Source: Eledone cirrhosa (Eukaryota). From it: a DNA stretch of 64,000 nucleotides. Below are positions 1-13,937 of this stretch, in pieces. The DNA lies in the NCBI GenBank assembly GCA_964016885.1, contig OZ024746.1, positions 60,326,001-60,390,000 on the forward strand, written 5' to 3'. A model generated the notes under the pieces. The model saw only the letters and a program-made list of their open reading frames with translations, was not told where the DNA came from and made no database searches. Positions within the stretch are counted from its first letter, which is position 1; every line of letters begins with the position of its first letter. The translations under genes were made by a program, and so were the position numbers.

Positions 1-330
1 TATAAACAGTTTAAAAGCTACAGGAAATTGACTCTCCAAACTGCCTGAAACCACCCCTGGTTCTATGCTAAAAAGCTGTTTTAAAGTGTTTAACATCATT
101 TTTATCTCCATTTTTCCATGCTTGCATGGTTTAGACCAAGGGTGGTTTAAATTTGCATAGGATGCCAAATGAAAATTTCATTTGGGTCCTTGAGTACTAA
201 CAGTGGTAGCCAAAAAATTTATTTCGCACTCTTTAGATGTCATGGGACTCCTGGCTGCAGCCCAACCCACCCCTGTTTCTTCTCTTTTTTTCCCCCCATT
301 TATTCTTGAAAGCATTATGGTGGCCGAGTC

Positions 331-1030
331 CTAAAACACCTTCCAGAGGGTCCTATCAGTTGCAACTGTCACCAAATGATCCAGCTGGTTCCTTGAGCAA
401 GGCCAACTGAACTCATGGATGTTATCCAACCATCTTGGATGTAATCTACCTCTGGGACTCCTGCCAGCTGGCTTTGCCCATGAAGATCTGTCTAGCCATT
501 CTTTCCTTAGACATTCAAACCACATGCCTGGTATACTGGAGCTGTGATTTCTTGATACAGAGAAATGGTGGCTCTACCTAGAGCGACTCCCTCATCTCCA
601 AGCTATGCACCCTATCGAGTAACGTTACTCCTATTACCTTTTGGAGGAACCCCATTTTGGCCACTTGTATTTGCAATTATATTCTTTTGTCATTACCCAA
701 GATTCATGACCATCGATAAGGGTAGGCATGAACAATGAATTGAAGACAGTGAGTTTGGCTATTATATCTACCTCCCTTCTTCTGAAGCTAAAGCTGGCAC
801 ATTATTGCACCAGCTCCAGCAATTCTTGTATTTAATTCAACCTTTTGTCTTCCATCACTCGAGACACTTGAACTTTCCTACTTGCTTCAGTATAACTCCA
901 CTCACATGCACAGTGCACTATGCAGGTTTTCTTGAAAGGACAGATGTCTGTTTTTGATTTTATTTCAGATTTCATTTCTGAGGTGCTGCACTTGGCAGCA
1001 AACCTATCTAGTACATGTCGAAGTGCACCT
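331..1030 (-). mobile_element. Old RTE-like LINE fragment
   Basis: AKPAGRSPRGRLHPRWLDNI..., the typical RTE C-terminus, degraded. Confidence 0.6.
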
Positions 1031-1210
1031 TCTCACATAGTCATCATATAATCTACCCTCCACTCAGAGAGAGAATACCTTTGTTGCCCAAGACCTTCCA
1101 TGATAATTTTATATAGGAACATTTGTTATGTTCTAAATAGCAGATAAATAATGAGAAAGATTAGTTATATTACTAAATCCTTCCAAATACTTTATTATTT
1201 TTAGAATTAA

Positions 1211-1421
1211 CCCTTTAGCATTTACATTACTCTATATTTATTGTATTATTTGTATTTTTACAGAAAAGGCTTTATCTCACATAATATCAAATCTAAGAGA
1301 TTTTGATATTTATTTTGAGAGCAATACCTTAATATCAGTATGAGCAGCTGGTTATGACCGGTTTGAACAGAAAGAGGTGAGAGAATTCTGGCTGGATATG
1401 GCCCATTTAAATGCTAAAGGG
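1211..1421. mobile_element. piggyBac-type MITE
   Basis: TTAA|CCCTTTAGCATTTA ... TAAATGCTAAAGGG|TTAA: terminal inverted repeats with TTAA target duplication. Confidence 0.85.
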
Positions 1422-3629
1422 TTAAGTAAAAATCATAGGGAGTTTCTTTCATTAGAAATATGGTAACAAAAGTGTTAATATATGTCACTTTGCCTGAGGC
1501 ATAGAGTGTTTGACCAGTGTACCCCACCAGCAATGAGTTATGGAGCAGAGCCATGATCAATGGCTAAAGACATGGAACAGAAACTTAGAAAAACAAAGGA
1601 AATATGAAAAGATGTGTGTTAGAAATAACTGAAAATGACATTAAAAAAACCCAACTTGTTAACGGATATGAGAGCAAACTAAAATACGAGACAACATAAA
1701 ACATATTAAGAGAAAATGGAAGTTGGACATGCAGCATGAACAAATGTCAACAGATGGACAAAGCTCTGTAGAGAATGGAGAACAAAGGATATGATATCAT
1801 CATCATTTAACGTCCATATTTACATACTGGCATGGGTTGAAGAGGTCCTCAGTGACCAAGTCAGTGCTTAATCTGACCTCTCAGACTGGCCAGGAACTAC
1901 ACCTTATATTCGTTCCAGTTTTGGCATGATCAGCTGGACAGGTTCTTTTAATTGGGTGTGTGAAATAGAACAGTAAACCACATGGTTACAAATTAAATTT
2001 CTTAACCACACAGCCATGCCTGTGCTTCAGTTCAAATGTCTAAATCCTTCTCCTCAAATTATGTACCCTTAATATTGAATAACATCTGTCAAATGAGTAA
2101 ATGTCTCTATATGGTGCATTGGAATATTGCTCCCACATCCAGGACAGTGTTGCCACTGCACATAGGAATATCCCTGATGCTGTCTAAAAACCCACCTTAA
2201 TATGGAACCACAACAAAAACATTCCAAGCTATCTTACAAACATACTGTATCTTCAATGTTCATCCCAACCTCCCAGTGCCAGACCTGGCCTCTGAACAAA
2301 GCCATGGAGCTAAATCTCACAATCTATGAGATAAGAGGCCTCCACCAGTGAGCAGCTGACCAAACAAGAAAGGACTGGATCAGAAATGAATGCATTAGAC
2401 AGATGCTTGGTGCTACATCTATCATCCAGCTCATAGCTTGACATCAGATGAAATAGTTTGTACTTTGATCACGTGATTACAATGCTAATTAACCAGTCAG
2501 CCCTGCACCCCTATAACACCAAGTACTCAGGCTTCAGAACTAGAGAAAGACCCTACTTGTGATGAATGGACTGAGTTGCAGATGTGCTCTGCACCCACAG
2601 CATTACATTATGACAGGCCTCAAACCTTTATGCACATTGCCAATTTCATCTCTCTTCAAACACTTATTGATAGAAGTGCCTGGACTAAAGAAAATAAAAT
2701 AACTACACGGGCTGCTGTTCCTCAGATTTAGGTGATCATATAACTCACAGGCTCCATCTAACTCACAAACCTCACCTCGTCTCGTCAATCATAGTGCTTC
2801 ATTCATACACACACATACATACAAGCTGATGAGGAAACCCTAATACTAGCCTTAACCCTAGTCATATGAATCCTAGCTTTAATCATAACCCTAACCTTTA
2901 CATATATATGCTCAATGAATCCAATGATTCAGATGATACCCAATTACAGCAAAATTTTGCTGCTATTACTAACAGATTAGACGACCACGTTCAGCATTTG
3001 TCATCTTTTTAGAATAAAACTAAGTGGTGGAAGCAGAGAAACAGGGGTTTTTTTGGGGGGAGGGGGGATCCAGTTTCAGTTTAAAGGGCAACATTCAAGA
3101 TATATAAACCTCCATAATCCGAAGTGATTGCACAATGGAAACATACACTCTTAAGATGTTTGGATCTCTCTTTCCTTATTTGGAGCCCTGGAAAAGGTAA
3201 GATCCCCCAAGATTCTCCTTGAAATCCTTTCGCTCCTACTATCTCGTAAATATCTATGGATAAATAATTGTTTCTACTTTAGGCACAAGGCCAGCAATTA
3301 CCTAGTGCATTACTGGTACTTTATTTTATCGACCCCGTAAGGATGAAAGGCAAAGTCAACCTCGGCATGGACATCGCAACACACAAACACCCACTTCCTC
3401 CTCTTGTAAAATATTTCCAACTTTCGGGCTTACGGATGAACGGGAAAAAAGCGTTCTAACCACGATCATCCTGTCTTTATGTCTTTCTATTTTTAGACAG
3501 AAACACATTAACCAACGTGTCTTCCGTTTTAAAACAGTAAGATGTGGTGTGCTTTGTGGGAGATTTGGCTGCTACTTCTAGCAGGTTCAGTGACTCCATA
3601 CCAGCTAACTCATTGTTTGGAAAGGATGG

Positions 3630-4900
3630 TTAAGTTGGCGCAGATGGTAGAACGTATGGAATGGATGATAGTGATGATATAGTGTCCGGTGGACTATCAC
3701 TGACAATAAATCTATTAAGAAAATGACAATATCGCGTCCGATTCATCGGATTCATTTGGCATACCCCGCTCGCCGAGTGATTCCTAACCATCATCATAAC
3801 CCAAACGAATCTTAACCGAAAATACCCGATCCGGTAAATGTGACGAAATGTTTTCATTTTCTTCAATGACATCCGTCCGAAGTTCGATACAACACTGTTC
3901 CGAGTTCAAAGTCTGTCAGCTTCGACTTCAAGATTTCAAACCTTCATAGAAGATATTTAGTATCAGGTGCGATCCCCGCGAGTTGGAGTGGCTGTTTCAG
4001 CGCGTCTCCCTCCGGGGCAATGTATTCTCCATCCCGTCCGCTGTTAGTTGGTGGTGGAGGATACTTGTTCGGACGTCACTCCCACACTGGTATTGAATAC
4101 AGGTTATATATGTTTATCAGTACAGTTTTACTTGCAATTACTACGTTATAACTTGACATTTGACATAGATCTATTCGACGCTATACTACAAAATTGTCCT
4201 AATGCTCCAACGATGAGCTCGATATTATCTACATATTCGCAAAGATACACAGGATGCCTCTGAGGTTCTGTGTTCAGTTCACATCTGATTGTCGGATTTG
4301 TATTTTATCCACGGTTCGATATCAAAATAAATACCAGTAATATAAGGTTTGGATTCACCAAACTGTCTACACTTGTTGGCTTTGTGCTTAAGAAAAGATT
4401 TTCTAGCACGGAAATCATTATTTACATATGTTGAAGGAAAGAGAAAGAGCCAGAGCGAGTGGTAAGTACATACAAAAAGAGAAAGTGAATGGATAGAGTA
4501 GGGTGGAACATGACATTAGAGCATAGTGTAATCTAACTTCAAATCTGAAATTCGAACAGAGCACAACATATTTGAATGTTGCAAAAGTGTCAAAAATATT
4601 CTGCACTGGAATTTGATGCGATTAATGACCATTATTCATCTTTACTCACGTTGTTGCCGGTAATAAATTGATGAGGGTGGTGATGTCTATGTAAACTGCC
4701 AACGTGTTCTACCATTTTGACGCACCGCAGACAACTTACAACGGGAGATAACTCGTTGCCAAGCTGACCGTTCTTGAGGTCTGTGGTGGGGGAGGGCGTT
4801 TTTATATATATTTTTTTTTACTTTTTGCATTTTTTCCGGTAACACTGGTATATCTTCGTTGAATTCCGGTGATACTGTTTTCGGAATAGAAAATAAACAA
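3630..4900. other. CpG-enriched unique sequence, possible 5'UTR/first exon or promoter of an unidentified gene
   Basis: Clearly more CpG than the flanks and non-repetitive. The 80-aa minus ORF 3630-3872 has no recognisable homology. Confidence 0.3.
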
Positions 4901-6319
4901 ATATATGAATAATGGATTATTATTTAATAGATGAACAAATACGAAAGCATGGCTGAGCTGGTCTAGTGGTGAAAGAGAAAGATAAAGAAATAGATAGAGG
5001 GAGCAAGGGAAAGAGATAGTTAAGAGAGAGATAGAAAGATATATAGAAGGAGTTGGAGTAGATATAGACAAACACAAAACAAGAAAAAGAGAAAAAACCT
5101 CAGAACAATGAAGAGAAAATAAGAAAGATATATAAATAAGCGGGGGTTTCTTCTCGGAAGACCTTCGGTTGTCTAGCTCTCCAGAGAGTTTCATACCACT
5201 AATGAAATACAAAGAAAAACAGAAGAGTATATAAGAGAAAAGAGGAGTAGTGTGAGGGATAGCTACAGAAACAGTGATTAGTATATAGAGAGGGGAGGAT
5301 TAGATGAGAACGGAAGGTGACAAGAGTAAAAAGAGAGAAACATAAATAAATAGAAAGAGTGATGTAGAGATGTGTAAAGAAATAGAAGAGTTGCATGGTG
5401 ACAGAATATATTTAGGAGATGAGTGAAAGTAGAAAAAAAAAGAGAAGCTGTAGAATCAGTTAGCGAGTGAAAAGAAAGACTTAATCATGTATTGTGAGAG
5501 AAAAAGAGCAAGGATTATGAAAAGAGTAAAAGGGAGAGATTGACGAGTATTTTAGTAAACATACTTTGTTACCAGGACATTGTTCTTAGGACACATTAGC
5601 TCCTTCTATTTGGAGGATTAAACAAACTGCACACAAACAGTGAAGACGTTCATTGTATAAGGTAAATATTGATGGATTTATTTCATTTTATTTTATTTTT
5701 CCAACGTCAGAGTGGGGGGGGGGGGGGGGAATCTGGTTTTTATTTTAAAGGAAGGCGGTTTCTGCTCGTTAAATTAAAATGAAGGATGGAAACAAACAAA
5801 AAATATTATACTCTCTCTGCCAGAAAAAAATAAAGAGAGAGGGACGTTTTACTGCTGTTGATTATATATATTTTCATTTATATATATTATGGCTTTGTTT
5901 TATCTTATTTTGGGCATGGAAGAAAACTGCTACAATTTGTCAAGACTTATTCGTTCATATACAGTCTCTAGTTTTCTTTTGCTGATTCCTGCTGTTTTGT
6001 GTTATCGTTCTCGTTCTTTTGTATATTACCACGCTAAAAAATCTAAGCCGTCGAAACGGCTCGAGCTCTGCCGTCGGGGTTAAACATTTTCCTATATATA
6101 TATATATCAGTTTTGTAATGTTGAGGTCTTTCTCTTCTTATATATATATATATATATATATATCTGTTGTGTTGTTGAGGTCATTTGTGTTTATGTGTTG
6201 GGGTAACTGTTGTATCTATTATATTGTTGTCTTATGTAGTAGTTGTAATCTCTTGTTATAGCCTAGTATGTGTGTTTTCTGTTTATAGTTGTGTAATTTT
6301 ATTTATATATATAAACCCA

Positions 6320-8680
6320 ATTTATATGTTAGGATGTACTGTGTAATGTGGTCTGTTGTGTTGTGAGGTACTGTTGTAGTTTGCTATGTTGTGAGGTGTG
6401 TGTTGTGGTATCTTGTATGTTGAGACGTAGAGTTTTGTACTGTGTTGATATGTAGTGTGGTTTATTATGTATTGAAGTTGTGAAGATGTAGGGTCTTTCT
6501 GGTGTGTTGGGGGTGCAGTATGTGATTTTGTGGTGTAATGAAGTGTGGTATGTTGTGGTGTAGTGTGGTCTATCTGGTGTGTTGTGAGGTAGTGTGGTCT
6601 ATCTGGTGTGTTATGGCGTAGTGTGTAATGTGATGTATTGGTCTATCTGGTGTGTTGCGATGTAGTATGTAATGTGAGGTGTTTCAGTCTCTCTTGTATG
6701 TTATGCTATAGTGTATTGTGTTGTGAGGGAGTGTGATTTTTGGTGCATTTACAGTGTTGTTAGGTAATATGATCTCTGTATGTAGTATTGTGCTATGAAG
6801 CAGTGTGATATCTGCTGTGTGTATCTATTGTGTTGTAAGGTTGTGTGGTCTCTCTGGTGTGTTGTGAAGTAGTGTGATATCTGATCTGTTGTGATGGAGC
6901 GTGATCTATTGTGTATTGCATTGTAGTGTGCTCAATTGTTTTAAAGTGTTGTGAGGTAGTGTGATTTCTGATCTGTTGTGGTGTATGTATGTTAGTTTGT
7001 CAGTGACTAAGCTGTGTATTGTGTTGTAAGGTAGTGTGGTCTCTGATGTGATGTGCGTATATCTGTTATTAAGCCGTGTGTATTAGATGGTGTGTTGTGT
7101 TGCGTCCCTTGTTTCAATTTCATTGTTCTATATTACGAATGACTTAGCGTGTGATGGTTTCTGTTGTGGTTTAACATCAGTTCAACCCTGATGGAGTAAG
7201 CCTTATTATCAAAGGTGTTTCAACCACGACCATCCTTTGTTTCATCTGCTTTTCTCTGTATTATTTATCTATGTGCTAGCTTGTGATTGTATTTTTTAAA
7301 CCCTAGTTCAGCCCTGGTCGAGCAGGCTTTTATAATCAAAGCTGTTCCAACCACGACCATCCTTTGTGTCTTTTGTTTCATCTGCTTTTCTCTATATCAT
7401 TTACGTATGTGTTTATATTATTTATGTATGTGTTAGCGTGTGATTGTATTTTTTTAACCCCAGTTCAACCCTGGTCGAGTAGACTTTTATAATCAAAGGT
7501 GTTCTAGTCACAACTATCCTGTATTTTTATATACCACCCTTTTGATACCAACCCACCCCAAACCGTCTCTGGTACTGTGAAACAAAGACGTCCATTTTAA
7601 AGGGCTCCTATTAAAATCAAAACATCGCCACGTAATTTTATATAAGAACCTTTTGATAAGTTATGTTACAAATACCATCTTAATAATGAAATAATTAATA
7701 ATTTTAACAACTCCCTCCAGATTCTTCATCGAAATAGTGTATTTCATTAGAAATATGGTTATGAAAGGGTTAAGACGATATAGTTAGTGTTAATCGAGAG
7801 ATATTTGGCTGCAATTTCTAGGATTATAGGATCCAATATGTTCCTTTCCTTTTTTAAGATGATAGCGTGTAAATAGAAGAAGATTTAACTTCTGTTTCTA
7901 GCAGCTGGAGGTATCTAACATGTTCTCCAACTTTTAAGACGATGGTGTGTTAATAGAGGGATATTTATCTTCTATTTCTAGCAGCTTGGAGTTATCGCGC
8001 AGTGGCTTCCTCGTAGGCTCGTGATAGTATGTGTTGTGAGATAGAATTTGAGAGGTGTGCGTGTGATGTTGTAACATGGTGTGTATGGTGTATGTATTGA
8101 CTATGTTGTGAGGTGCGTGATGTGGTAACATAGTGTTGTGTGGTGTATGTATTGACTATGTTGTCTGTTGTGATGTGATGTGGTATCATGGTAGCATGTT
8201 GTGATGTGTGTTGGGTGGTGCATGTATTGACTATATTGTCTGTTGTGAGATGTGATGTGGTATCATGGTGTATGTATTGACTATGTTGTGAGATGTAATG
8301 TGGTATCATGGTGTTCTATGGTATATGAAATATGTTGAGATGTGTGATGTGATAAGTGTTGTATGGTGTATGTATTGTGATGTGATATCATGGTGTTGTG
8401 TGGTGTATGTATTATGTTGTATATTGTAAGGCGTGTGATGTGATATGGTGTTGTGTGGTGTATTATGTTGCCTGGTGTGTGGTGTGGTATCATGGTGTTA
8501 TATGGTGTATTGACTGTGTTGTGAGGTCTGTGATATGGTATAATGTGGTTATATAGTGTATTGACTATGTTGTGTTTGTTGTGAGGTTTGTGGTCTCTGT
8601 ACTGATTACGTTGTCTGTAGTGAAATGTGTGATGTTGTATGGTTGTGAACTAGTGTTATATTGCTGTTGTGTGTCTGTGT
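6320..8680. repeat. Degenerate GT-rich low-complexity tracts
   Basis: tgtg/tgttgtg/gtggt-rich sequence at 6320-7100 and 8020-8680 with recurring gtattgactatgttgt units. Confidence 0.75.
7536..7773. mobile_element. Older piggyBac-like MITE family
   Basis: cccttttgatacc ... agaaatatggttatgaaagggTTAA. Related fragments at about 1090-1477 (hosting the 1211 MITE) and 60517-60790. Confidence 0.5.
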
Positions 8681-9484
8681 GAACTCGTAACCATATCAAT
8701 TTAGCCATACTGTAAAATTACTGTACAACGAGGAGAGTCCTCTTTTTGTATGTATTGCGTCTGTTTCAATTACATTGTTCCGTATGTGTGTTTGTGTTAT
8801 GTCATGTTTATGGTTATATTCTTTAAAATGTGTCGTACTAGTGTTTCACACACGCACACACACATAATTATCATCATTAAATCCCGCCGAGGTTAGCTTT
8901 GTCTTTCATCCTTACGGGGTCTATAAAATAAAGTACCAGTCACTCATTGAGGGTTGATTTAATCGACTTTCCTGTTCCCCAAAAAATTGTTGGTCTTGTG
9001 CCTAAACCAGAAACCATCTAAACTATAATAAAGTAAGGAGCACGGGACTGCGTACGGTTTATAATTTTTTATCCCATTAGTAAAATAAGTTGGATTACTT
9101 TGAATAAACTATGAATGAATATTACATAATTTATCTACTAAATTTCGTGGCTATTGATTAAATATATTTTGTTTATTTAAGGATTAACTTCTTTAAAATT
9201 TCTGAAATGTCAATACTTCCGGTTGGCGATCGCTTAAATACATACTAATTTTCTGTCACTAATTTTCTCCTAATGCAGTTTATATATAATATCGTCTTTT
9301 TCTAGTGTATCTTGGATTACGTTACTGATTACATAAGACAGTGTAACGTAGTCTTCGCTCAATTTCTATGTATTATATATTGTCAATTACGATTTTATTT
9401 GATGTATCATATCTACATGTATATATACTTGCGCATAATATCAATATACACACTACGCATCCTAGCAGAAAACCACCCGAAGGG

Positions 9485-9524
<40 letters not shown>

Positions 9525-10060
9525 CTGCTGGTTATTATAATCCCGCTGAGGTTAACTTTGCTTTTCATCCTTAGGGAGTCGATAAAATAAAATACCAGTA
9601 ATGCACTGCGATAATAGCTGGCCTTGTGCCAAAAGTAGAAACAATTATTATTGTACATGTCCTTCGATTAAGCTTAAAACGTTTCGTTGGCGATACTATA
9701 TAAGTATATATATTAATACAGAGTGTCCCCCAAAAATGTATTCACACTTTGATTACCTGTACTGGCAGTCTATATTAGAATGCACAGCCTTTCCCCAAAA
9801 TCAAATGATCTACAGACAATTCTATTGTATGTAAACACCCAAAAATGTTTACATAATTTAAATAATTGTTTCTACTTTAGGCACAAGGCCAGCAACTACC
9901 CAGTGCCTCACTGGTACTTTATTTTATCGACCCCGTAAGGATGAAAGGCAAAGTCAACCTCGGCGGGATTTGAACTCAGATCGTAAAGGGACGTAACTAT
10001 GCTAGAAAGCATGGCGTCCGACCCTCTACCGATAATGCATATAAAACAGAATTTATTGTA

Positions 10061-10260
10061 NNNNNNNNNNNNNNNNNNNNNNNNNNNNNNNNNNNNNNNN
10101 NNNNNNNNNNNNNNNNNNNNNNNNNNNNNNNNNNNNNNNNNNNNNNNNNNNNNNNNNNNNNNNNNNNNNNNNNNNNNNNNNNNNNNNNNNNNNNNNNNNN
10201 NNNNNNNNNNNNNNNNNNNNNNNNNNNNNNNNNNNNNNNNNNNNNNNNNNNNNNNNNNNN
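10061..10260. other. Assembly gap (200 N)
   Basis: Run of N. Contiguity across the gap is not verifiable. Confidence 1.
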
Positions 10261-10584
10261 TGTATATATAATATGTATATACTGTTATATATATATATAT
10301 GAGTGTATATAGTATTATATATATATTATATAGTGATATATGTATATATATATATATGGTTGTATATCATGTATATATGTTATATATATATATATATGTG
10401 TGTGTGTATATATGTATATATATATGTGTGTATATATGTATATATATATGTGATATATGTATATTTATATGTGTGTATTATATGTCTATATATATATGTA
10501 TATATATATATATGTGTCTATATAGTGTATATATATATATATATGTGTGTGTATATATATATATATATATTATATGTGTATGTG

Positions 10585-10615
<31 letters not shown>

Positions 10616-11056
10616 ATATATGTATATATTATATATGTATATATATATGTGTATATATATATGTGTATATATGTATATATATATGTGTATATATATATAT
10701 GTTATATATATATATGTGTATATATATATTATGTGTATATATGTATATATATATATATATATATATGTGTGTATATATATATATATTGATATTATATATG
10801 TGTATATATATATATGTGTATTATATATATGTGTATATATATATATGTGTATATTATATATGTATATATTATATATGTGTATATATATAATGTATATATA
10901 TATATGTGTATATATATATGTATATATATATATATATATGTGTATATATATATATGTATATATATATATTATATATGTGTATATATATATGTATATATAT
11001 GTGTATATATATATATGTGTATATATATATATGTGTATATATATATGTATATATAT

Positions 11057-11093
<37 letters not shown>

Positions 11094-11160
11094 GTGTATA
11101 TATATATGTATATATATATATATATATGTGTGTGTATATATGTATATATATATATATATA

Positions 11161-11193
<33 letters not shown>

Positions 11194-11248
11194 GTGTATA
11201 TATGTATATATATATATGTGTATATATGTATATATATATATGTGTGTA

Positions 11249-11289
<41 letters not shown>

Positions 11290-11334
11290 ATATATGTATA
11301 TATATATATATGTGTATATATATATATGTATATA

Positions 11335-11368
<34 letters not shown>

Positions 11369-11556
11369 TATATATGTATATATATATATGTGTATATATG
11401 TATATATATATATGTGTATATATGTATATATATATAAGTGAATATATGTATATATATATGTATATAATGTGTTATATGTGTATATATATATGTATATATA
11501 TATATATATATATGTGTGTGTATATATGTATATATATATATGTGTATATATATATG

Positions 11557-11587
<31 letters not shown>

Positions 11588-11711
11588 ATATATATGTATA
11601 TATTATATATATATATGTGTATATATGTATATATATATATGTGTATATATGTATATATATATATGTGTATATATGTATATATATATAAGTGAATATATGT
11701 ATATATATATG

Positions 11712-11764
<53 letters not shown>

Positions 11765-11775
11765 GTGTATATATG

Positions 11776-11806
<31 letters not shown>

Positions 11807-12053
11807 TATGTATATATATATGTATATATATATATATATGTGTATATATGTATATATATATTTATATATATGTATATATATATATGTATATATATATATA
11901 TGTGTATATACGTATATATATATATATATATGTGTATATACGTATATATATATATATATATGTGTATATACGTATATATATATATATATGTGTATATATG
12001 TATATATATATATGTGTGTATATATGTATATATGTATATATATATATATAGTT

Positions 12054-12084
<31 letters not shown>

Positions 12085-12298
12085 GTGTATATATGTGTAT
12101 ATATGTATATATATTTTATGTGTATATATGTGTATATATGTATATATATGTGTATATATGTTTATATATGTATATATATGTGTATATATGTTTATATATG
12201 TATATATATGTGTATATATGTATATATACGTGTATATATTTATATATATATGTGTATATATGTATGTATATATGTGTATATATGTATGTATATATGTA

Positions 12299-12329
<31 letters not shown>

Positions 12330-12592
12330 GTGTATATAAAAATTATATATATGTGTATATATGTGTATATATATATATATGGTGTGTATATATGTATATA
12401 TATATGTGTGTATATATGTATATATATATATGTTTATATATGTATATATATATATATGTGTATATATGTATATATATATATATGTGTATATATGTATATA
12501 TATATATATGTATATATATATATGTGTATATATGTATATATATATGTGTATATATGTATATATATATATATATGTGTATATGTGTATATATG

Positions 12593-12634
<42 letters not shown>

Positions 12635-13896
12635 TATGTGTATATGTGTATATATGTATATATATATATATATATGTGTATATATGTATATGTATATATG
12701 TATATATATATATGTGTGTATATATGTATATATATACATGTGTGTATATGTATATATATATGTGTATATATGTATATATATATATATGTGTATATATGTA
12801 TATGTGTATATATATATATATGTGTGTATATATGTATATATATATGTGTATATATGTGTGTATATATGTATATATATATGTGTATATATGTATATATATA
12901 TGTGTATATATGTATATATATATGTGTATATATGTATATATATATGTGTATATAGGTATATATATATGTGTATATAGGTATATGTATATGTGTATATAGG
13001 TATATATATATGTGTATATATGCATATATATATATGTGTATATATGTATATATATATATATATATATGTGTATATATGTATATATATATATGTGTGTATA
13101 TATGTATATATGTGTATATATGTATATATATATATATATGTGTATATATGTATATATATATATGTGTATATATGTATATATATATGTGTATATATGTATA
13201 TATATATATATATGTGTATATATGTATATATATATATGTGTATATATGTATATATATATATGTGTATATATGTATATATATATATATATGTGTATATATG
13301 TATATATATATGTGTATATATGTATATATATATATATGTGTGTATATATGTATATATATATATGTGTATATATATGTATATATATATATGTGTATATGTA
13401 TATATATGTGTATATATGTATATATATATATATATATATATGTGTATATATGTATATGTGTATATATGCATATATATATGTGTATATATGTATATATATA
13501 CATATGTGTATATATGTATATATATATGTGTATATAGGTATATATATATGTGTATATATGTATATATATATATGTGTATATATGTATATATATATATGTG
13601 TATATATGTATATATATATATATGTGATAGCGGCGATGAATTAGTTTTGCGAGGTTTTTTATATGAAATCGTGTGTCGAAACAGATATTGTTATATTTGG
13701 GGAGGGTCATATTTGCGTAATATTGCCAGAATTAATAACAGAACACACTCACTGTTTGGTTGGTTTTCGCTTCTCGCTGTCTTTTATATATATATATCTG
13801 CGATCTAACTTACTCGGTCCTCAATGTTGCCATTGACTGACCGGCGGTCAAAAATAATACAGATACAATATAGACAAACACATATATATATAGTTT

Positions 13897-13937
13897 ACAT
13901 AAATCTTTCGTTGCACATCTGCAACATCGTCAGTGGT
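13897..13937 (-). ncRNA. Hammerhead-like motif, inverted-arm copy of PLE A
   Basis: Reverse complement of 15601-15641. Confidence 0.65.

Noticed and set aside
2826-2898. CTGATGA-g-GAAA hammerhead-like core and CCCTAA telomere-like hexamers
   Set aside because: There is no stem II between the core halves, and only a few scattered hexamers.
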